DNA of 61,931 nucleotides, counting the filler, from Basidioascus undulatus (taxonomy: Eukaryota), in the NCBI GenBank assembly GCA_000826855.1. It is 3 parts of 3 records of this genome, joined end to end, with 100 filler letters (N's around TTAATTAATTAA, not from the genome) between each part and the next. Parts side by side here need not be neighbours in the genome. Positions count along the whole stretch, not along the records: positions 41,372 to 61,931 come from JTLS01000369.1; 2 more parts are not named here. One strand, written 5' to 3'. How positions within the stretch are numbered: the stretch's first letter is position 1; each line of letters begins with the position of its first letter. This document shows, in pieces, positions 50,199 through 61,931 of the stretch. The position numbers and the translations under genes were made by a program. The notes under the pieces were generated by a model. The model worked only from the letters and a program-made list of their open reading frames with translations, was not told where the DNA came from and did no database searches.

Positions 50199-52991
50199 AA
50201 TCACATTCTCATGTCTTAATTTCTTGCGCACTTTCTACACTCTCTTTTCGGAAGCATGTTTCTTACTCGAGCAGGTTCTCGCTTTGTCGCACGTCGCAGA
50301 CGCATATCGCTCGCAGTGGCAATATTCCCGCACCTAGTTATTTCTACCCCGCTTCAAGGTATTCGTCCTGTGGACGCTGGCTGCCTGGAGTCTCTTCGCA
50401 TTGCTTCACAGCTTCCGCACCTTAGCGCTTCGCCTGTTTCGCACTTGGCCGTGTGGATGGACATGCACCGGTTTCAGTTGCGCACAGATTACGATCAGCG
50501 AGGCGACGTCGGGCGACGCACTCCATTTAGCAGTAGGCAAGTGCCTCCCCCTTTCACCATGGCCAGCAGAACTCTTTTACTTTGCCAAGCCATACAACCG
50601 CACAGCGTCTCGAGTTTTCCAGGAGCAAAACCACCCTGCTACGAGTTAGACATCAATCCATCCGTCCAGTGTTGATGAAGGGATTCGCATTGCAGGCCGC
50701 GACAGTGTTGTATGAGCTGAATGCTGGCTTCTTCCCAAACACCATACGAGCGACTGCAAGCAGAATCCTCAGATACCTATTTCAAACTACACTGCAAACT
50801 TTCTCGCTCCCTTTCCCTTAATATCATCCGGGAGGTTGCTTCTCCATCCCGCCAGGTCCTCGTAACCCCATGCTTCAGCGTGGTTTCGACTAGACCGCGA
50901 GGGTCACTTCGACGATTTCAGCACCCAGACCGCATGAAAGTAGGCTATACTGAGGGGTCATCTCAGTCGCCTTTCAGGATACTCATGCAGGCGGGATAGA
51001 TAGAACACAACGACGTGGGCGTGCTTCTGAATCGGTTGTGTGATCTGCGAAAAGGCTGCCTTGTTCGGTTGTCTGAGCGCCCTGATACAACTGACGTTGA
51101 CGAAGTTCACGTTATAAAGAGATATCTATACATGTCATGAGTTCGTGAGATCGAAACTGGGCGCGTGGCTAGTTTACAATTAGAAGGGGGGCCTCGGTTT
51201 GCGCGACGATGTAGGAGGAAACACTGTGAATCGGGTTACCAATTTCCGATCAGCAAGACGCTATCAGCTTTCGTGTAGAAAAATAGATATCCCACCTTCC
51301 GGGACCGACGACCTTTTGCCACGCCGTCCTCATGCGGTGAAATGCAGACGGAGTATGGAAGCTCACCGAGCAAGATCAATTGCGCTTTGTGGTACTCCGC
51401 TATCCCCAGGATAGCGTACTTGAGCTCGCCGTGAGTGACCTGCACCGTCGTCGAGCACTTCACCGCATTCCTATTCTGCAGATGTTCAGTTCCTCTCAAA
51501 GATGGCCCTTGCAGCTTACCCGGAGCTCCTCCAGCTTCTTGGCATGCCTTTTCAGAGTGGCCTTCGCGTCGTCCCGTCGTTTGCACAGCAGGTCGAGCTC
51601 GTTCTGAAGGTCGGCCTGGCTGAACCCGTCCCATGGAACTAATGCGCCAGCGCCCACGGGCGGGACGACCGTCACGAGGAAGACGCTGTGAATCGTCGGA
51701 GGTGTCAGTGCTACAAAAGAATGGATGGGGAAATGTGGTAGACGGACTGGTCGCTTGGGAGCAAGATGTTGAAAGCATAATACTCGAGCGCTGTCGCGGA
51801 GGATTCGTCCTGCTCGCACCATTCCAATCAGCCTTATCCTGGCTTTGGAGTTCAAGGGGAGGAGAGGATTGACAAGATTCACCCTCGGTGTCCAGCAGAG
51901 CAACACCCTCTTCCCCTCCTTCACTTCTTCCCCGTGCGGACCTTGTTGAATGTGATTTTTCGTGCATTGAAGCATGCAAAAATTTCCTCTTCTTTGAGAT
52001 TTGAGGCAGGCAAACATATGTAAAAAAAAAATCAAGAATTCATGATGGATGTGTTTCTAGGTCCACATAAGGAGTACAAGAGCAGGCAGTATCTATGTAA
52101 TGTGGCGGCGTAATCCACTACTGGGCGCAAGCGTGTCCATGAAAGCCTCAAATCGTGGGAAAAGTAACAAGTCAAGTTTTCGATGTAGGATCCAAAGCGT
52201 AATTTTGAAAATTTTGTCTAGACTCACTACTGTAAATCAAAAGAAGATGACCTGAACAGCAAGGTAAAAAAGCAGCGAAGCACCACCACCACGTACCGCC
52301 ACCGCTAGTCATCCGCCCATATAATGCAGGAGAAGCAAGGAAGGAAACTAGGAACTAACTGGGAACAGCTCAACCGGTAAGATTAGCTTTGTGCAGAGTG
52401 TCTATAAAGGAGGTGGCAGTTAGGGGGGTGGATGAACTGAGGCCGAGGTGATGGAGCAGCGGGAGTGAGTCGACTCGTGAGTGCGAGTGCGGGTGATGGT
52501 GAAGTGAAGCAAGGCGATGGGGTCGAAAGCAGATTTTAAGCACCCACCTATTGTTCAGAGCCGGCTCTGTAGGTCTTTGAGATTGCTGAAGGGAGAGAGC
52601 TCAGAAAAATCCAATCAAAGAGCTCGAAACAGCTTTCCGAAGGATGAGGCCAGATCGGGAGTCCGCTTAACGTTAGCATGTAATATTTAGTCTGGATTGG
52701 TACATCCAATCTGAGCACCAGCTTTAAATTGTGGAAGTTTATTTACATAGGGTTATCCAAGAAAAGAGGCCGGAACTCCCTGGTATGGTCAATTCAAGCA
52801 ACGAGGCAGGAATCACCAAGCAAATGTTCCGATCAACCAAGTCGGAGTACTCCAGCTGAAGATCCAGAGCCATGTACAATCTCCTGAGACGAAAAATCAT
52901 TTCTCAGTGTAGATTGTATCGCCCGCTTCCGTCCTCTAAAGACGGACTCTGCCAGAAATCAAGGCTTCACCTTGGAAAATCCGATAACCAC

Positions 52992-53222
52992 TGTCATGAA
53001 TACCCCACCTAGTCCAACCCCTGACAACTGTCACCCTTGTCACCTCCCCTGTCACATTCCCGCCCTCTACTTGCTCCCATCTGGTCTTGCTCCCCCACTC
53101 CCGCCCTAGCTTTAGTCTTCGCCCTAACCCTACCTCGCCGCATAATCTATCCCTGCCACCATAAAGCTCCGTCAGCTGTTAGCCCCCGCTGTGGTCTGCC
53201 CCGCCCAGTCGAATTCTTGACA
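52992..53222. mobile_element. Solo LTR (231 bp) with 5-bp target-site duplication
   Basis: Starts TGTCATGAAT and ends ATTCTTGACA (9/10 inverted match, TG...CA ends). Flanked on both sides by ACCAC (52987-52991 and 53223-53227). Confidence 0.8.
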
Positions 53223-54706
53223 ACCACTGTCCACAGTGCGAACGCCGACCATCGTCTCACTTCGCACCATGCAACACCACCTGAAGGACGACACCTGCGA
53301 CAGCACGGCAACAAATCATCTCTAAACTCTCTCTTCCTCGCTTCGTGGCTGCTGTCTCTGCGCGTCGTGGGATTCGCTGCACGCTGCACAGCGCAACTCC
53401 CCTTTACGGCGTCCACCATGTCGTATACCGCCTCGAATTCATCGACGGCATTCAGAGTGCTTGCTTATAATTCATCCCGGAGCCTGCAGCGACCGAGGAG
53501 GACCGCAAATCATGGACGGCTAACCCCTCGAAGCGTCAGTACGGTACAAGAGGCCATGAGCAACCTTACCAGCTAAGGACACCTGTTTTCCGTGTTAATA
53601 TGAACTAATTTACTACGTCGACACCTGATGAGGTCCCTGCATGCAGCGGGCGACTAAGGAATCAAGCCCACTTCGAACCGCGTGTGGACCGGTGGGACTT
53701 TTACGGACTACGGACCGCTGCACAGTAACTTGGTACATTTCTCGAAAGTCCTATTGTCCTATACTATCCAATAAGACAAGGCGCCGGCTCGATGGTGCGA
53801 GATTGAGGCTTCGCGATGTGTTGTCCGCCAGCGAGCAGTGCGGCCTTGCTAGTAGAAAGGCGTACGAGTTTGGTAGTGAAGTTAGCTTCCACAGTGGGCT
53901 CTTGGAAGCGTTTGTTATAATTAGGAGCATTCAAGTGGCCCTCATACCTGGCGAACTGGTTGTCCCAACAAACCTCAGTGACGCAGTGACGAAGAGGCAG
54001 CAGGCGAAGACAAACATTCACCAAACTGTGCAGTGCTTACGCAGGAGCACCCAACTTCTGAATTTTAGCATGGATGAATTATTTTGTTCTCAGCACGCTT
54101 TGGGAAGAGTCAAGAAGGGAGGCAAGCCAGCGTGCCCGTGAAATTGGAACTGCCTGGAGGCATCCGAAGTCTTCACAACCCAACGAGTCTGCTTTTGTAC
54201 TTGCCTTTCTCGCATGAAGTCAAGGCTCTTGTGATTTCTCAGGTTGAGATTTCTCCACTTCGTAGGCGAGATTCGTGGCAGTGGTCAGCTTGGATCAGCA
54301 GGTCCAGCTTGACAGTGTCTGTCATAATGCAACATCCTCAATGTACTCGCGTGCGCGATCTGACCGAGGAGGTGGTCGACGGCGTCGTCAGGCAGCTGCT
54401 CGAGGTTCTCCCATAAGTGCGCCCCCTCCTTCCCCTTCTTCCAGGCCGTGAAGATCTACGGCGACCCGACGTCCTTCCCGTCCGTCTCGTGCGCTACGAT
54501 ACGCGGCGCGGCAGCGTCGGCAGGTGCTCCGCTGCGAAGGACAAGAATGAGACCTCGGTCACGTTATGCACACCAATGTCGGCCGCGGGGAGACCGCCCA
54601 TCTCGGGATGCATAATGCTGGCCAGCCTCCTTGTTCGCTAGCTGGCTAGCTCCCAGCCAGACCACTTCTCGCTCTTTCAGAGCCATTCTCAACAATATAA
54701 GCAAGG

Positions 54707-54778
54707 GGTTGGATAGTATAATGGTTAGTACATTGGATTCTGATTCCAAGGATCTGGGTTCGATTCCCAGTCCGACCT
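54707..54778 (+). tRNA. tRNA-Gln(CTG)
   Basis: GGTTGGATAGTATAATGGTTAGTACATTGGATTCTGATTCCAAGGATCTGGGTTCGATTCCCAGTCCGACCT. Anticodon arm TTGGA-TTCTGAT-TCCAA, with a T-run downstream. Confidence 0.96.
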
Positions 54779-55125
54779 TCTTTTGCTGTTCTTCTGGTAT
54801 GGGAGACTGCGAGGCTTTGGCCTTGGGTTCAAGGCCACGGTCTAGCATGCTAGCGTTCTTCCCTTTTTGCCTTGCAAACTATAAGAAGACTCTCCTCCTC
54901 AAAATAGTCGGGCGCACCTGCAGTTTACTGTGCAGACTGGCAGGGTACCTGTCGCTGTTCAACCGATGGGACGTCGAAGCACCCTGCATTCCTCGAAGTC
55001 CTGGCGAGTTGTATACCGCTTCACTTTCTTTTCACGATATAAGCGCTGGTATCAGCTATGAGATGCGCGACATGCTGGTGATATGGGTGCCCCTAGAAAT
55101 ACAACAAAAGTCCATCGCCTGCTCT

Positions 55126-55304
55126 CTACCCACTTCTCCTGCTTCTCTTCTCCTCCTTTTCCTTTTCCCTCTCCCTCTCCGCCGCCGCCTCCGCGGCCTT
55201 CCTCTTCTTCGCCGCCGTAGCCGCGGCCGTCCTCGCCCTATTCTGCGCCTTGGTCGGCTGCCTCCTCCCCGCCCTCTTCCTGGGCTTCTCCTCCTCCTCC
55301 TCCG

Positions 55305-55335
<31 letters not shown>

Positions 55336-55944
55336 CTCCTCCTCGCTGTCCCGCCCAGATTCCACCGCCGGCTCCTCGTCCGTCAGACTGCTCTCCTCCC
55401 CCGAGTCCTCCGCCAGCCCCGGCACGTCCTCGCGCCTGACGCTCGTGCTTCGCCGGCGCGGCGAGGCGGACGCGGACGCAGAGACGGATAGGGACGCGTG
55501 TGTGGGCGCGGGGGAGGGCGTCGTCGCTTGCGCGCGCGGGAAGTAGATGTCAGTGAAGGCGCGATCGGGGGGGAGGTCGAACGTCGATTGGTAGGTCGGC
55601 GATGTGGGCGGTGAAGGTGATGGCGCGTCCTTTTACGGGGAAAATCAAGACACCAACCACTTCAGACACATTGCCTCAGCCGTTCCTTTCCCTTCTCTCC
55701 CAGGAAAGCTATGGCCGACACTCACCATCGCGTCGAGCGCGTCGAGGTCGTACAGCTCCCGCAGCTTGCGCCAGATCTCGTCGAGCTCGACGTCCTTGCC
55801 GAGCTCGCGCCGGATATGGCTCTGCACGGCGAGGATGTGGAAGTGCTTGTGCATGCCGACGGGCCGGTGCCGCATGATGGCCCGGAAGAGCGCGATCTCG
55901 CCTTCGACGTCGTTGAGCGGCGAGGGCGAGCCGGAGCGAGACAT
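55126..55944 (-). CDS. EAF7: NuA4 subunit Eaf7 (CT20/MRGBP family)
   Basis: EGEIALFRAIMRHRPVGMHKHFHILAV..DEIWRKLRELYDLDALD, one intron, then an acidic/basic low-complexity tail. Confidence 0.9.
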
Positions 55945-56818
55945 GGGAGGAGCGGGGAGAGCTGGGATGGGCGGCGCCAGATAGGAGGGGGTCATGTAGA
56001 GCAGGTAGAGCGGCGTGATGGGAGTGTAAAGCAAGAATACTGAGGCAGCAGTGGTCGGGGGGAAGACCGAAGACGCGAGCTGCACGCGAGGCGGGGTCGA
56101 GGAGCGCGGGAAACTGGTGCTGGCACTCTAGTGGCAGGATGCCAATCCTCCTCGCAAAAAGCATCGCTTGCAGCCAACAACAACGACCGACAAATATGTG
56201 CAAATGGGGTCATGGAAGTTTTGGAAGTTTAAAGTTGTTTTCTGGTGTTCTGGATCGTCGAGATATCTAGCTGTCTACTGGCTGGGCGTGGACCTGTGCC
56301 TCAGTCCTTACGACGATGTGTCTTAACAGTGAAAGCGAAATAACTAAGGCGTTGAAAGAAAAAGCGTATTAGGTTTGTTATTGTGTTGAGCCATCCTATG
56401 CCTGGTACCACAGCGATGCAGCTGGCGGTGCAGCCAGCCCTATTTCCAGTTCGCATTGACAATCGTGAAGACAAAGACATATGATCCCGGCTCACCTCAA
56501 AGAGTACTCTCCTCTGAAGCGGACAAGGCACGGGTATCACGCAGTTTTACTGCGCTCGCTATCCTTCTGGCGTCCCGGCCTTAGCAGTGTTGCACCTGAA
56601 TGCTCGCCAGCGTAGCCCGCATGCACACGGGAACAGTTGACCTAGTCGTTCCCGTACACACCTGTAGTCGACTCAGAAGGCCGTCTTTCAAGGCCCATAT
56701 AAGGACCCCTGCCGCCTCGTTCTGCTTTCCCCATCATATCAGTGCACACCTCGCCTTCTCCACTACTCCAGCACAACAGCTCTTCACCCTTCCCAACAAC
56801 CACCTCAACTCCAACAAA

Positions 56819-57870
56819 ATGCTCCGCCCCACTATCTTCGCCTTTCTCGCCACCGTGCGTCTTCGATCAGAGCGGGCACTGTACGCGTACAGAAGCTGGC
56901 TCTTTCTGACATTGTCGGATGTCACCACAGGCTGCGACTTGCGTCGTCGCAGTTAACCACACCATCGTCGTTGGTAGCGGCGAGGGACCTCTCACCTTCA
57001 ACCCCCGTGCGTTTCCACCCTTCACTCTCAACGTTCCCCAGCGGCGTGCTCAACTCCATGCCTCCGTTCAGCGACTGTCGAGGCCGCTCTCGGTAGCGCT
57101 TTGTCACTTTCCTCCGCTGACTCGTACTGACCGAACACATGCGCACACCCCCAGGTGACTTCGTCTTCTTCGAGTTTGCGAGCCCAGACCACACCGTCGC
57201 CCAATCCTCCTGGGCGACCCCCTGCATCCCGCGCCGTAACGTCGGGTATGCACTCACTTCAATCCCGTACTTCAATCCACAAGGTTTAACACCCACACCC
57301 CTCTCACAGCTTCGTCTTCAGCCCCAACTCGACCACGCCCGCCGTGGTCCAGGTCGTCGCTGTAAGCAGCTTGACCATCTCGGGGCACAAACCATGGTAC
57401 TGACATATGCAAGCGGTCGTAGGACACCCCGCTCTGGCTCATCGACACCGTTGGTGACAACTGCGAGGCGGGCGCTGTGGGCGCGTGAGTGTGCCCCGCT
57501 GGAAACATGCTGCCTCTGTCCCCGGAGCTGACACTCCTTTCGGTGAACAGAGTGAACCCGCCCCGTAATAACCGCACTTACGCGTACGCATTCCTGATTC
57601 TCTCTATCTTCCTCGGACTCAAGCCAACAACTCTTCACACTTGATACAGCCTCTTCTCCCAACGCGCCCGGGGCCTCGTCACCGCCGAGCTCCCCGTCAC
57701 TGCCGACCCGGTCGCTGTCGCTGCCCCCGCGGCCGCTTGTAAGTTTTCGACGAAAGTTCTTTGACGATGAAGAGAGCTCACTCGGTGGTTGATCAAACAG
57801 AGTCGGTCACGGCGGGAGCCACAGTCAACAGCTAAGACTGGGCACCAAGCGAGCATGATCTCTGAGTTGT
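56819..57870 (+). CDS. Secreted cupredoxin-like small protein (many short exons; 3' end approximate)
   Basis: Signal peptide MLRPTIFAFLATAATCVVA; NHTIVVG..LTFNP..GDFVFFEF...HTVAQSSWATPC..; NCEAGAVGAVNPP. Confidence 0.65.
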
Positions 57871-59854
57871 AATGTCTGACTGAAAGGATGAGGAGCAGCT
57901 GGCATGGAATCTAATCTTAGCGAAAAATCATTGATTCGTCTTATAGCTTGTCCACGAATCTTGGACACGCACTCTTCATACTCGTCCTGCTGCCGCGCGA
58001 TGCTCTCATCCTCCCGGTCGTCTCCGGGGACAGACAGAAGCTTCCAAGTGGGGCAAAGGCGCATAAGGACGCTCTTCGCTCCTTACCCCCACAGCACACA
58101 TTTCCACGCGCACAATATCTCCACACTCAGTCCATATCGCCAGTCCAATACTACCCCGTCCACGGACAGCCACAGTCATGAGCGGTACCTCGGCTGCCAA
58201 CTCTGTCCCCCCTGATTCTCTTCGCCCCGAAGTATGCCCTTGTATCGCTCTGATGGAGAGCCAGACTATGTTTATGATCCGTCCATATGACTTCAAGGAC
58301 ATCCTCACCGAGGCGCAGCGCAGCCAGACACACCTCCCGCCCGACGAGCACCACACGATCGAACCAGATGATTCAACTGAGGGGATTGAATGTGACACCT
58401 TTTTCCTTTGAATTCTTCGACTGCAGCTGCTGTTATACTCGATATGAGCGCCTGGAAGTTCCAATTTGCAAGCTTGGATGTGCCAACCCCTAGCTTCATA
58501 ACACTAAACCGTGAGTCGCTCACACAGCCAGGAGATGTCGTGGGCCAGGCTTGGAGGATACAGCAGCTGTCTAGCAGAATAAACCAATCACAGATGCCGG
58601 AAGTTCCAACGTGCACTTTGAGTGTTGCAATGACCAAGCCAGATTGATTCCAACAGGGAGCCGGTATTATACCAGAGCAGCTTGGTAATCCCATTCCCAG
58701 CTTTGAATCACACAACTGCAACGCTTGGATTGTTGTACGGCAGTGGCTGACGCTTCCATCTTTGCTATCCACGGTTTAGACGTCAATGGAGAAGGCATCA
58801 AGGAGAGAACCAAAGTGAACGAGGGCACGCTTTTGGCTTGTGTTTTTCAGCGCAGTAACTACTACTCTAAGAGCTGGCCTTGTGAGAAGGACCAGTGGAC
58901 GTCAGAAGAAGCTGAAGTCCATACATACGGCATTGGCGGCCCGCTCACGATTCAGGTCTTCCCACCATGCGCAACCTTGATCATCTGGGCCAAGACGGGC
59001 TGCGGAATTGATGGCCACACAATCTGCACGGACATCACTAATCTCATCAAGTTCCATCTTCACCAGTGATTTGTGCGGGGCCGAAGCAGCTTGTAGCATT
59101 CCGACTTGAAGCTTCTCCTGGGTGTCATCTACAGTCGCAAGCTCCCCAACCTGCCTCCTCAAGCAGGTGTCTCGGACGAACGATTGCAGGACCCACACCG
59201 CAGCCAGTGGGCTTTAAACAACCGTTGCACGATCTTCAACCCCCGCATTTCGCATTGCGCATTTGACATTTCATTTTGCTTTAACGTCTTCCGCTCTCTT
59301 CATCCCCAGTCCCTTCCCCCTTGCTCCCACCCTCACCATATACAAGGAACCCCCTCCCCATCCCACCCCCAGCGCAAGAACCTTTAACTAGCAGGGTAGA
59401 GACATGATTGGAATGCTAAGGCCATGCAAAGGTCAACCGCGGAAAAGAAAACAAGAATCGCAGAAACGGGATGGGAGGGAGGCATGGATACATAGTGTGT
59501 GCGGAAATGGAAGAAGAGAGGTGATTGTGCGGTGAGCGATAATGGTCGATGGTGAACACGATGAACCCGATGAACCCGATGGCGTTGAAGACCAAGATGA
59601 GAAAATGGAGATGGAGATGAAGAGGAGGATGATCGTAAGTGGGAGGAGTGCGGATTGACGCTGAAACAAAGCAATGAGGAGGGCATAACGAACCAAGCAA
59701 GTGGCGGGAGCGTAAACGTAGACTTCGAAACACGAAAAATAGGAATAACGGCAAGAAACCTCCGTCCTCGTCATTCATATCCCTCCTCCCACCCCTGTGC
59801 CGCATACCACTCCGCGCCGGCCCCCATCCCCCCCGGAGCCAGCGCATGCTGCAG

Positions 59855-60472
59855 CATCGGCGTCACCCCCTCCCCCGCCTCGCTCACGCCCGCGCTCTCA
59901 ACGCTCTTCGAGCCCTCCCCGCCCCTGACGGCCCACCTCTCCCCCGCCATCGCGACGCTCCTCTCCACGGCGGGGCAGCCCCAGCCGGCGAACTACGCGG
60001 ACCTCATTGGCCTGTGCGCGGAGGTGGTGGATGCCTGGCGGGATTCCGAGCGTGCGGAGTTCTTGGGCAGCCATCCGAGGATTGGGGAGGTGAAAGGCTT
60101 GAGCGCGCTGAGCGAACGGGAGCAGGCAAGCAGGAGGACGCCGGAGGAGGTGCTGGATCGGTGTGTCTCTCCCCCTTCCTGCTCCCTCTTCTAATATTAC
60201 CCCCTGACGTTGTGTACGGTAGACTGGCATACCTCAACGCAGCGTACGAAACGCGCTATCCCCGCCTGCGATACGTAACGTTCGTCGCGGGCCGCTCGCG
60301 CGCAGAGATCGTGCCTGAGCTCGAGGGGCTCTTGGGGCTCGCGGCGGGGGAGGAGAGGGACTTCCAGCCTGTTGCGGTAGGCGGCGAGGAGTGGAGGAAG
60401 GAGCTGGCGAGGGGCTTGGGGGACGTGTGGAGGATTGGGAAGGACCGGTTGAGGGCGCTTGGGGCGGAGTGA
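59855..60472 (+). CDS. OHCU decarboxylase (UraD-like, purine degradation); start unresolved
   Basis: LSTLFEPSP..FLGSHPRIGEVKGLSALSEREQ, intron, LAYLNAAYETRYPRLRYVTFVAGRSRAEI..ELARGLGDVWRIGKDRL. Confidence 0.88.
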   Translation, partial: HRRHPLPRLAHARALNALRALPAPDGPPLPRHRDAPLHGGAAPAGELRGPHWPVRGGGGCLAGFRACGVLGQPSEDWGGERLERAERTGAGKQEDAGGGAGSVCLSPFLLPLLILPPDVVYGRLAYLNAAYETRYPRLRYVTFVAGRSRAEIVPELEGLLGLAAGEERDFQPVAVGGEEWRKELARGLGDVWRIGKDRLRALGAE

Positions 60473-61004
60473 GCGGTTGGTGTCTCTTAAACATTGTGTG
60501 TTTGTCTGGCACGGGGGGTATTTGGCTGCTGCTCACGCTCATGAGTAGCATTTCCTTTCATCTCTCGCAGTCCCTCTCCAGCGTCTGCGGGCTCTTTGGC
60601 GCTGCATCTCATTCTGCGGGTTGTCCCGGTCAGCGCTGCCGATGTGCCGGGCTCACGTGCACATTTGTTCCCGCCTCGCCGTCATCACTGACTCGCGAAC
60701 CTCCACTCTGCGAGTTGCCCCCGCTCATCCTCCCGCTGCTCGCTCGCACTTGCCTTGATGCCAACGCCCGGGCAAGGTCCTCGGCCGTCTCCTCCTCTTC
60801 TCGAAGCATACTAACAACATCGGGTGTCCCTCAACCGACTCCTCTCTTTTGCTCCTCTCGCATCGACCTGCACTTGTTCCCGTCTTCGCTCGATAATCGC
60901 TCGTTACCTTTGTTTACCCGCATACTCGCACATCTGGATACCCCTTTCACAACCACACACACTTCGTTGCTTCGAGATTGGCACCGCCCACCTACCAGCG
61001 CGAG

Positions 61005-61931
61005 ATGGTCAATGCCCTCACCCTCCCATTCACATCCGCCTCGCCCGCGCGCTCCCCGCGCCCACCGCTCCTCTCCCGCCTCCCGCGACCCATCTCGCAC
61101 TTCCTCGGCTATCGCCCCGGACCCAACGCGAAACCGCTACTTCCATTCCTCAAATATGTCCCCTTACCACTGGAGGTACGGGCTGTTCTCCAGCTCGTTT
61201 TTTTTCCTTGGCGTCCCTGAGCTGATGGAGAGGGAGGGGCGACGCAGGTCTGGTTATTCGGCTGGGTGGGCGCGTTCGTGGGGATCGTCTTTGTGGAGGG
61301 GATCTTTGCCGGCTCGGGTGCGCTGCTCAGCTGGGGCAGCCCGTTCATCGTAGCCTCCTTCGGCGCATCAGCCGTCCTGACCTTCGGGGCGTTCGAAGTG
61401 CCCCTCGCGTGCGTCCCCGCCTCTCCTATCCCTCCCCTCTCCTCCTCCCCTCCCTCACCCCAAGCTTATTCCACCCTCCCTCTCCCAACAGTCAACCCCG
61501 CAACCTCGTCTTCGGGCACTTCTTCTCCGCCCTAGTAGGGGTGATCCTCACGCGGCTCTTCAAGCTCAACCCGGCCGGCTACACCGTCTCGACGTCCGCG
61601 TACGCGGGCGAGTTCAGCGGCGGCGGACACATCGTCTGGTTCAATGGCGCGCTCAGCATGGCCACTGCGCTCACCGTCATGCAGATGACGGGGACCGTCC
61701 ACCCGCCCGCGGGCGCGACGGCGCTCATTGCCGCTGTGAGCCCGGAGATCGTGAGTCCGCGTTGGCGTGCGGGGTATGCGGTGGTGCAGAGGGCTGATGA
61801 GGCTGAGAGTGGGATAGGTTGAGCTGAGTTGGAAGTACCTTGCTGTTGTGTTGATCTCCTCCCTCGCGCTCCTCGGCTGGGGCCTAATCATCAATGTCCG
61901 TCCTTCCCCCTCCCTCCCCTCCCCTTCATCT
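61005..61931 (+). CDS. HPP family integral membrane protein, runs off the window
   Basis: ISHFLGYR..GAFVGI..IVASFGASAVLTFGA..PLAQPRNLVFGHFFSALVGV..MQMTGTVHPPAGATAL. Confidence 0.93.

Noticed and set aside
55285..55345. (CCT)n simple repeat
   Set aside because: It encodes the poly-Glu tract of Eaf7 on the minus strand and is not a separate element.
10757..55944. Functional cluster of chromatin/signalling regulators (MED1, RACK1, TSC1, SGF29, EAF7, RhoGAP)
   Set aside because: This is an ordinary mix of conserved housekeeping genes spread over three contigs, with no shared motif seen.
26919..61931. Purine-catabolism cluster (Dal5-like transporter + OHCU decarboxylase + HPP protein)
   Set aside because: The genes are about 30 kb apart across an assembly gap with unrelated housekeeping genes between them. 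The transporter is dead and its substrate is unknown.

Overview
This is eukaryotic, GC-rich, intron-dense DNA from a basidiomycete fungus (a Pucciniomycotina-like yeast is my best guess from intron style and composition). It is made of three contigs joined by two artificial N-linkers containing TTAATTAATTAA. Recognisable spliced genes: a Zn2Cys6 transcription factor, a GAF-type hybrid histidine kinase, MED1, RACK1/ASC1 (hosting the U24/snR24 snoRNA, start codon split by an intron), CBP3, a GT8 glycosyltransferase, PAC3, TSC1, a head-to-head pair of LigB/DODA-type dioxygenases, a CRAL-TRIO+RhoGAP protein, SGF29, a Fus1-like TM-SH3 protein, EAF7, a secreted cupredoxin-like protein, OHCU decarboxylase and an HPP-family membrane protein. 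There are also tRNA-Leu(AAG) and tRNA-Gln(CTG). The apparently empty intergenic blocks contain a full-length decayed Dal5-type MFS transporter pseudogene, a Plavaka-like transposase relic, an HMG-box relic next to a degenerate repeat array, a 231-bp solo LTR with a 5-bp target-site duplication, and a gene with a single in-frame TAG. I cannot demonstrate a novel multi-gene system. The best candidates for follow-up are the divergent dioxygenase pair with hydrophobic N-terminal extensions, the in-frame-TAG gene and the HMG/repeat relic. All family calls come from motif recognition, not database searches, and exon boundaries were read by eye.
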